Source of the DNA: the human T2T-CHM13v2.0 reference genome, Homo sapiens | Strand: one strand, 5' to 3' | Assembly: GCF_009914755.1 (NCBI RefSeq) | Contig: NC_060932.1 | DNA length: 64,000 bases | Notes under the pieces: generated by a model | Databases searched by the model: none | What the model saw: only the letters and a program-made list of their open reading frames with translations | Told to the model about the DNA's origin: nothing | Part shown: positions 51,130 to 64,000 of the stretch, one piece after another | Position numbering within the stretch: the stretch's first letter is position 1 | Layout of the letters: each line of letters begins with the position of its first letter | Made by a program: the position numbers and the translations under genes

Positions 51130-53471
51130 GGTTCAACTCCATTTGGAGCTGTAGACACCCAGAGTCATTTTACTCTTCAAAATTTTAAAGCAATTTTAAC
51201 CATAAGTAATTTAATGACCTAAGAATTACTTCCTTTTTAGGTATCATGTGGTACAGCAAGGATATATATGTATACCATCTACCTGCTTTGTAATTGCTTT
51301 GAATTTTACCAAATCCAAAAACAAAATAAGAATGGAGGTGTCTTCCTGAGATTGTTCTCCTCATTTCCCTGCTGCCTTTTTTTTTCTTTTTAGCTCCTCT
51401 CTGAAAGAACATTGGAATCAAAAAGGAGCTAATACCATTGAGCAAAAGGGCAAAGTTACTTCTTTTAAAAGAAAAGCTCATTTTTCACCATGGTAACCAG
51501 CATATCATATGACATACGTGCCACATGGCCCGTGAAAAGTGAATCCTTTCATAAATGTATTTCTATCAGAGCATAATGAGCTTTCATATGAGTATAGCAA
51601 GGACTAGAATAAGGTGACACCTTAGGTTGATTTGGGTCAAATCATTCCTGTGATGTCTTGTAACAATTTATTTGCAGTTTGCAAGAGGTAACACTAGCAT
51701 TTCATTTTTTAAAATGCTTAATGAAAGTGAACCATAGGCTATGAACACAAGATGAATGCATTCTATTGAGTCTTAGAAATGGCACGTTCCCTTTTCCTGT
51801 GTCACAAACAAGCAAAAAATCTGGGATTCATTCGATTTCTCAGGATGTGTATTTGTAGCTCCTTACGTACTCCAGTTAAAACAAAAACAAAAGTTAAAAA
51901 CACAGCTAAGCATAGTATTACCATAGCCACTGCTTTCTTTTAATTATAGTAGCTAAAACCTTTGGTTCTGATTTAAATTTGACATTTAACAAAGGACTAA
52001 TGAAGTAAAGGAAGAGGAAATCCTTTGATAAGTATGCGTCACACCTTGGGAGAGGTAAAAATGAAAATATTTCACTCAACTTTTAAAAATCCTTTACCCT
52101 TTTCACTTGGAGACACCTTTTGTTCAGTCAGCTCTTTTTTGTTAACTCCTTTGAAAATCTCTTGTAACTGTAGTACCTCCTAAGTGTACTTTCCCAATGC
52201 TAAGACACTTTATATTCAGTTGATCTAGTTTCTTAGGCATTCGGAGGTTTAATAGGTCCCTTAAGGCGCTGCGTAGCTTCAAATCCGATGACTCAAATAA
52301 GCACAGATTTCTATAGTCAGACACTGATCTGCTTCTTTCAGGGCATCCAATAGGATATTAATTGTTTTGGAGCTTAAAGATTTCTTTACAAATATGTAAA
52401 TCAGCCTAATATACCTTAATAGTCTGGGACTGAGCTGGAAACTGATGCATGCATAAAAGAAGGTGGACTTCTTTCACAAGTCATAGAAAATTAAACCTGC
52501 TATCTACTATGGGAGTGAAATTTTATTCTAGTAATCCTAATGGCAAAACCATAGAATTTCATGATGTGTTTAGGTATCAGTGTAGAAAAAGTCAAGAGTT
52601 ATATATTTCTATTTCTGGATCCATTCCTTATTCTCCTTAAATTTTCCTGTTCACTAGACTTGAATTCTCAAGATTTTAAGGAGAGGATTCAAGAAAGATA
52701 AGATTCCTATACATAATAGAGAAAATTCACTGAAGGGTAATCAGACCAGATTACCAATGGATTGAAGATATTGTCATATCTCATTCAACTTTGGATCCTG
52801 TGTACGTAGCATGGGTCCTAGTAGACATTCAATGGATGTTTAGCAAATTTAGATTATTTTGGCTATTATTTTATGCAAAGTTTTTCATTTATAATGTTAG
52901 CCTTTTGAATTATAAGAATAGTATCACTGAGACTAATCTTACATAAGTTTACATAACTAAAAACTAGATAATCTCTTGAAATGAATATTTAGCTACATAA
53001 AGTATACATGCAAAACTTAAATCATAAGAAATTTACATTTTGGCTTAGGAGATTCACATTATTATTGAATTATGCTATGTCCATCTGCTCAAGTACTGGA
53101 TATATTTAGGCTCTTGTGAGCCAAATTGAAAGATTCAATGGATTATTCATCTGCTTCATGCTTTGATACATAGAAACATAGAAAGAGAGAGTCATCTTCT
53201 CTGTTTCATGATAAGGAAATTGTGAAATCTGTACTTGGGTTAAGAATGACTTTGTGATTTTCCTCTACACTCTAAAAGAGAGAAAATGGAGTTAAATATA
53301 GTAGAGTAAGTGCTTGCATTAATACTAAATTTAAGAATGGCTTTTCTTTTTCCTAACCTAATACCTCAAACAATACATCAGTATATATCTGCATGTCATA
53401 GGGGTTAGCTGAAAACTATTAAGACTTGGGGTTAAAAAACAGAAAAATGATTTAAGGGGTTAGAATTATCA

Positions 53472-53475
<4 letters not shown>

Positions 53476-53502
<27 letters not shown>
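53476..53502. repeat. (TG)n microsatellite
   Basis: Seen directly. Confidence 0.95.
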
Positions 53503-53506
<4 letters not shown>

Positions 53507-53719
53507 GGTTCATTTCTGCATGTAAAGTCTACCTAAAATTATGTTGTCTTTGGGGCTGCTCACAAGTATATTTTTTATGTGAGGCATGGCCACATGATTT
53601 ACATTGGCTAGTGAAATATGAATATTGTAGTGGATGCCACTGCTGGAAACACACTTCAAGAGTCAATGTGCAATTTACACATTTCCTTTTTCTTGTCTTG
53701 GTGAATATGAATGTGTACG

Positions 53720-53885
53720 TTGAGATGGATCTGCCTTCAGCCAGGCTTTCTCAGTGACTTTGGTAGGTGAACACCCTGAAGGTCCATGCTAGACATATGT
53801 AGTGAGAATCAGAGACTTTTGTGCACTAAGCTTCTGAAATTTGGGGGTTTTTGTTATAGCAGCATAACCTAACCTAATGTAACAT
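53720..53885 (+). mobile_element. MLT1 LTR 3' fragment
   Basis: ctaagcttctgaaatttgggggtttttgttatagcagcataacctaacct. Confidence 0.6.
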
Positions 53886-56310
53886 ACCTTGGCAAAACCA
53901 AAAATATCCATACAGGTTATTTTTGTTTTGTTTCCCTGAAAGAAAATGCAAGTTGGTCTGGTGTAAGCATTTATAAGAGAATCTAAGGGAATAAAAATAA
54001 ATAAAAGACTTTTTGAATTTGAGCTACTTTGAAATTTGTAGACTTTTATTTTAGGCTTCTTTTATAAAGTTGTCCTAAGAGCAGACAACATATAAAAGGA
54101 AATTTGCTTTGATTACATTGAGTATTTGGCATGCCTGATAGTCAGTGGTTGTAATGTAAATTAGAAGATAATGAGTACTATATTTAGTATTCATGATTGT
54201 TTGTCTACATCCTTTAAAGTTTGTGTAATATTTACGTTTTAGAAAGATGTACTGAGCCCTAAATATTTGTGTGGAGAGAAGTATTTTAAAGTATAAAAAA
54301 CTATAAAAGACTTATTCAAAGACTTTTATTAAATTCTTCAAGTCCTTAAGGTACACTGAATTTTGTTTTGGGAGCTGTAGACATATTATGATGTGTTAGA
54401 TTATCTCTTTGGTTATGGAAAAGGCAAAAGAAACTGGCTCTGTGGTCTTTAGCAACTAAAGAGAAAAGTGACAATTCAGTGAGAGAAAAGACTAGCTTTT
54501 ACGGAATGTGTCACTACTGAGGTCGGTATTGAGAAAAGTAGTGTATCTAGTTTTCTCTCTTATCTCTGCTTTAATTCCTGGGCAACTCTAGGGAGAGAGT
54601 TTAGAACTGATGTGAGATCCAGACTGGGCTCTGACCTGTTTCTCATTTTGTGATCCTTTAGGAGGCTGTGTCAGATATAGGACCACAGGGAGTAAGGGCC
54701 ACTTCAGGGGCTGAGTGAATTTCCAATAACCCCTTCTTGACCTGAGCCATAACCTGCTGCCATGGCTGAATTGATTTTGTGGTGATCAATTGTTAAGGCC
54801 ATTTTTTATGGCATTTAAAATGATAGAATCTGCTGGGTTATGGTTAATGACTTAAATATTGAACGAACCAGAGTCTGCCAAATGACTTTGCTCTGTTTAT
54901 TGGGCTTATAGGAAGAACATTTGATTTTTTTTTCAGATGGAAAGAAAAAGAAAATTTCTGTGTAGAATGTCAGTTAATACAAACTTTTCACTAAGTTTCT
55001 GTGAGGATTGTTTCACTTAACTCAACAGTAATTAATTGAGCAGATATTATGCTAGATACCGTAAGGGTAGAAAGATAAGTGAAACTAGCCTCCATCTCAA
55101 GGAATTTAGAGTCTACCTGAGGAAATGATAATTTAGTTATATACCTCATCTTAGTATTGCAGATGACTCAGCTCTATTGATATATATGATAGCCTTCAAA
55201 GGATTTGAAACTGGCAATAAGAAGATAAAACAAGTTCCTTATTATTAAGAAGTTGTTTTCAATTTCCAAAAAGTTAAAAATTTACCTCTACCACAAGAAG
55301 CAAAGCAATTTGCACCCCCCTCATCCTCCTCAATCCCTGCCACTGAGCATTATTCAAATGGTCCACCCCCTTCTCTGGTCCAGTTATGCTTATATCACTA
55401 AGATATAAGTCAAATATATAGTCAGGTAGAAGAATTGTTAAACTGCTTTAGCTTGTGATGAATAGTCTTGGAGATTTGGTTGGGAATGTGTGGAGTCAGG
55501 GTTGGGGAGTTGACATTTCACATATATTTTGATGTTTAGAGAAACAAGGAAGCAGAGTACTTTATTTTGGTAGCTGTAGCCTTGGCTTTTGTTTTGGTAA
55601 TGACCAAAATTTCTAGATGAACGTGTCAGTGGAAAAGCTATAAAAATTTCAGCAAGCTCTATGCTCATAACACAGCAGCGCTTTTCCATACCTGAGAATC
55701 ATTGACTCAGCAGATCCAACTCAGTAAACATGCATAGTAAAAGAGTACAGATGCCCCTCATCCCTGCCCTACATGTTACTTATAAAAGAGTTTCCTTGGC
55801 CAACTGACTTACTCTCTTTTTAAAACAGTATAATAAACCATTTTAAAGCATTTGAATAAGTAGTTTTAAATATTATAGCAGATTCAAAGCACCAAATTAG
55901 ATTAGGAAAAACTTCCTTAGTGTATACACATTAGCCAAAGGTGATGGTTAAAAAACACCTAGCCAACAGAGGAGACAGAAAACAAGAATTCGTACAAGAA
56001 CAAAAGGCTCAGCAACCTGGGACCATTTAGGGTAAGAGGATTGTTCTTCATAGTTTGAAAGTTCCTGAGGGTCTTGCTATTTTACAGATCAGCCTTGCAG
56101 TGTGATCCTGTCACACAATGGAGAACAATCAACATCTTGCCATTAGCAACAAGTCCTAACTCCCTAACAGAGCCCTTCCTGTGCACCTCCCCACCCCCAA
56201 GCTTCTACCTGCCCACCATCATTTCCCACTCTGTTCCAGCCCTTGAACTCACTCATGAGGCCCTCAAGTGCATCATGTGTCTCTTGCCTCTGGGTCTTTC
56301 TGATTGCTAA

Positions 56311-56648
<338 letters not shown>

Positions 56649-56815
56649 TCCTTGCTAATTTCTAAACATACTTGAATTCTCACCTCATATGTCCCTAGCT
56701 CTGAGAAGCCTTCACAGAGTAAGGTGGTCCTGGTCATGTGTTCCCATAACACCCTGTATTCCCGTATTTGGCCCAGCCTACATTATATTGCAATTGCTTA
56801 TTTAATGGTCTCAAG

Positions 56816-57012
56816 CAGGATTGGTGAGCTCGTGGACCAAATCCAGCTCTCGCTTATTTCTGAAAATAAAGTTTTAGTGGCACATAATCATGCTTGTTTC
56901 TATGGCTTTTTTCACGGTACAGTGGCAGAGTTCACTAGTTGAGACAGACAGTGTATGTCACACAAAACCAAGACCTATCTGGACTTTTCCAGAAAAAGCT
57001 TCCTGACTCCTG
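56816..57012. mobile_element. MER58A (hAT-Charlie)
   Basis: cagg...cctg ends; perfect 8-bp TSD gtctcaag at 56808-56815 and 57013-57020. Confidence 0.88.
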
Positions 57013-57074
57013 GTCTCAAGAACAAGCAATATGTCTACCATGTTCACCACCGAATCTAATAAAATTAAGATAAT

Positions 57075-57580
57075 TAGTCAGCATCTATTATGTCCTAAGC
57101 AATGTCCTAGGTGTTCATGTAACCTTCACAGCAGCCCTAGGAAGAAGGCATTATTATACCCAATTTGTAGTTGAGAAACTGAAAGGAAGGTGAGTAAATG
57201 ATTTCTTAAATGTCACCAAGCTTAAATGGCTTACCTGGAATTTGACCTCATATTTCCTTTGCAGTAAGGTACTCTGATGTCAAGAGACTAGGTAATATGT
57301 CATCAGCAAAGAGCAGCCTCTGGCAGTAGAATGCAATATTCAAATACTGGCTCTGCCGAGTACTACTTTTCTGACCTTATCCAGGGAGTCATTGAATTGC
57401 TCTGTGCCTAATTTTCCACAGCTATAAGTTGTTTACCCTCTCTGGCCTTTTGTCTCCACATATGATAAATGCGATGATTTTAGTCTCTTACTGGGATGCT
57501 GTGAAGTTTAAATGAGATATTATGCATATAATGTTTGAAGCACTTGACACGTATGAAACAATGAAGACATGCCCATCATT
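57075..57580. mobile_element. Two MIR fragments in opposite orientations (about 57075-57260 on -, about 57290-57580 on +)
   Basis: aaccttcacagcagccctagg...attatacccaatttgtagttgagaaactga; ttcaaatactggctctgcc...gatgctgtgaagtttaaatgagata. Confidence 0.55.
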
Positions 57581-57912
57581 GTTACATAAGGCTGCCTCAA
57601 AATCCTTACTAATAGCTTCAGAATTTTCAAGAAATTGCATTCTATTTATAACTTACATTTTACCTAATTTCAAAGAGGATTTTCAGTGATAATTTGTCTA
57701 GTGTTCTATATACTCTATAAAGGTAAGGAAGTGATTCAAGATATAGCCATATTAAAACAACACAAAGTATTACATCTTATTTTCTGTGATGGGCTAAAAA
57801 ATCATCTTCCATCATTGTTGCCATGAACTTTGGCTACTTTTTGGGGTTTTCCAAATATCACATGCATGATGCCAAATGTGATGCCTGAATCAGCATGTGG
57901 TTTACCTCCTAA

Positions 57913-58339
<427 letters not shown>

Positions 58340-58833
58340 ATGTTTTCCCTTTTATAAATGACAGGATCAACCCACTGCATAAAGGAATATGAAAGTCTGG
58401 AGTCTACAGCTTTTGGTTTTGTGTTGTTCTTGTTTCTTTGTTGTTTTCAGATGAAGCATCTGCATGTTATCAGGAACCATAAGAAAGTTTCATGAACATT
58501 TTTTAAAAGTAAAAATATGGCTACTCACTGGAAATACCATTCACCATACCATTATAGAAATTGATTTTACAGTCTTGCTTCAAATCTATCCCAACTTCTT
58601 GAAAGTTAAACTTAGCAGAGAGGTAGAGCATTTTATTCATCAAATCACTGTTAGAAGAAGAATTAACTTTATTGGGTAGGTGAGTACAGTTTAGCCATAA
58701 TGATGTAGTTAAGTTTGTTTGTACTGGTCCCATATGGGAATATTAATTTGTCCTGGATCCAGGGTTCTAGAATTCATCCCTAACTTTATCAGCCAGGAAG
58801 TCCCAACCCAAAAATGCTAAAAAAGAAATTAAA

Positions 58834-62010
<3,177 letters not shown>

Positions 62011-63589
62011 AAAAAAGAAATTAAAATGGTAAGTTCTACTTACAACCATTTCTGTATTTTGGTCTTAAGACTGTATTGCTACCTGTAAAAAAAAGGGTAT
62101 CAGCAAACTTGTTCATTATTTTTTATATGTTTTAGTTGGCAAATTAAGAGCATTTCATTTAATATTCTCTTAATTAACCCCAGTTTTAACTCTCAGTAGG
62201 AATTGACATACTTGACTTTCACCATTTGTGTTTATAACATCGGCCTTATATTTGCTAGCAAGGGATTATTAATAATAAGCATTTTTTTCACGAAATGATT
62301 TCAAAGACAAAACTTTAGTAATTAAGTTGTTAATGTACATTCCAGTGGAGAGTATGGGAAATACTGTCATTAGATGTTCATCTATTAGCATTTTGCCTTG
62401 TCATTTAGAGAAAGGGGAGAATCATGAACCATCTGAGTTTAGAAAAGGAGGCAAAATTGGAGGCACAGGCCTTTCATCCAGCAGTAATATTAGAAGTTCT
62501 GGTTACAAATGTTATTTGTTTCTTTTTGGTGGTAATATACACATGAAAAATGAATCTTTAACCCCCTTTATGTGAAGTTTAAATCTTGCATTAACTGCTG
62601 GATGGTGGGACTCATTACAACTTGATTGATGACTGAACTTCCACTGTGAAGTGTTTAAGGGGCAAATATTCAGGCAAGATGAGTTGTCACTATGTTACTG
62701 GAAATACACCTATTATCCTGTCAAGGTAAGTCTAAACTCTTGAAATAGGTACTAATGTGGTTTCTTGACCTGAGTGGCTTGAAATGCCAGTTCAGTACAG
62801 AACACTCTATCACAAAAACAATCCATTGACAATATCACCCAAGCAGTATTTCAACAAGCCTAAGTGATGTTGGCAGCCAACTAATGAGGACATGAAGTCA
62901 TGAACTGAAGCTCCACAGGCCTGCACAAATTTACACATGCATTTTAACTTGCTTTGATCTTCAGAATTGCAACTCAAGTTTGGTCAGCAATCAAGTAGTT
63001 GAAGGCTTATGCTTCTCTAGACACGTTCTATTTCTGTTCACTGTGTGCCTGGGTTGCAATGGGGGAGGGCAGTGAGGGGGAAGAAATCCTGGAAAAGCTT
63101 TGTTATCATTCCTGAAATGAAAAGTATTCTATTTAGCTTAGAAGTTTGATTCTTGATACTAATAACTGATATTAGGCAGCTCCAGCCATTTTTAAAATCT
63201 ATTGAGAGAACAAACCTGAGCATTTAATTCTCAGAACATCAGAATCAGTCACTGAGTGGTCTGTTGTGATTGTACCAGCCTAAATTTGGGGAGGTGGCCT
63301 CAAGTTTGTCTTCATTCCTTTTTTTCAGGGTTGCATGATAAAATCAGTAAGTAGAATTTTGCTGCAGATGCTACTGAATCATTGCTAGAATTTTGCTGCC
63401 CTGCTAAATTTTAGTCAAAGGAGGACTGTGCATTTTGTATTATTTTAGTTTCTATCATTCTTATCAATATTTGTTCATTTAGCTTTATATAATTTCCATG
63501 TGAGAGATTAAATGAATCATGCTACCTTATTATATAGGCAGACTCTAGTCATTTTTTGCATTAAAGATAGGCACTATCTTTTGCATAGT

Positions 63590-63916
63590 AAAATGACTGT
63601 TGCCGAAGCCAAAATGTAGTGGCTTCAGCAATAGCCATTTTACTATGACTCACAATTTTATGGGTTGGGAATTCAGGCAGGGCATAGCTTGGCAGTTTTT
63701 CAGTTGACCTTCCACTGAAGTCGGCTGGTTGAATTCAGCTGACAGTTGGCTGATCTTTGCTCATGAGCCTGACACCTTCATGAGAGTGGCTGGAAGGCTG
63801 GGCTTATGTGGGATCCTCTCTCTTTCCATGTCATCTCCAAGTCTTTCCATATGATCTCTTCAGTAGAATAGTTCTTCTCCATCTCAGGGAATTCATGGCC
63901 ATCTTTGATCTGTCAC
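63590..63916 (-). mobile_element. MLT1 (H/I/J-like) LTR
   Basis: tagtggcttcagcaatagccatttt...ctcacaattttatgggttgggaattcaggcagggcatagct...ggctggaaggctgggct. Confidence 0.65.
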
Positions 63917-64000
63917 AAATGAATTAGTCAACTTAGTTTCCTTTGAGGTTAAGCACTAAAAAAAAAAAAAGGCGGCATGCCCGCTGATGTATACAAACCT

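Overview
This is primate (human-like) genomic DNA from inside KCNB2, the Kv2.2 voltage-gated potassium channel gene, which is transcribed on the + strand. Only one exon is visible: the first coding exon at 28669-29340, made of 93 nt of 5'UTR and 193 codons covering the N-terminal T1/BTB domain. Everything else is intronic and rich in transposable elements. These include a full-length Tigger1 that probably sits inside an old MaLR and carries two Alus, a dozen further Alu/FLAM copies, an L1PA nested in an older L1PA, and MER3/MER58, MIR, L2, MLT1/MST and ERVL LTR remnants. There is also an 8 x 40-bp minisatellite. No prokaryotic system, RNA gene or CRISPR array is supported. The most unusual feature is a 134-nt insertion inside Tigger1. 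It is copied from DNA about 2.35 kb downstream, has a snap-back hairpin at its right junction, and by chance forms a GT...polypyrimidine-AG intron-like unit. Also notable are a uORF in the KCNB2 leader and two possible routes to a T1-only Kv2.2 protein (circRNA or intron read-through). Repeat family names come from recalled consensus sequences, not a database search. Boundaries are approximate wherever no target-site duplication (TSD) is given.
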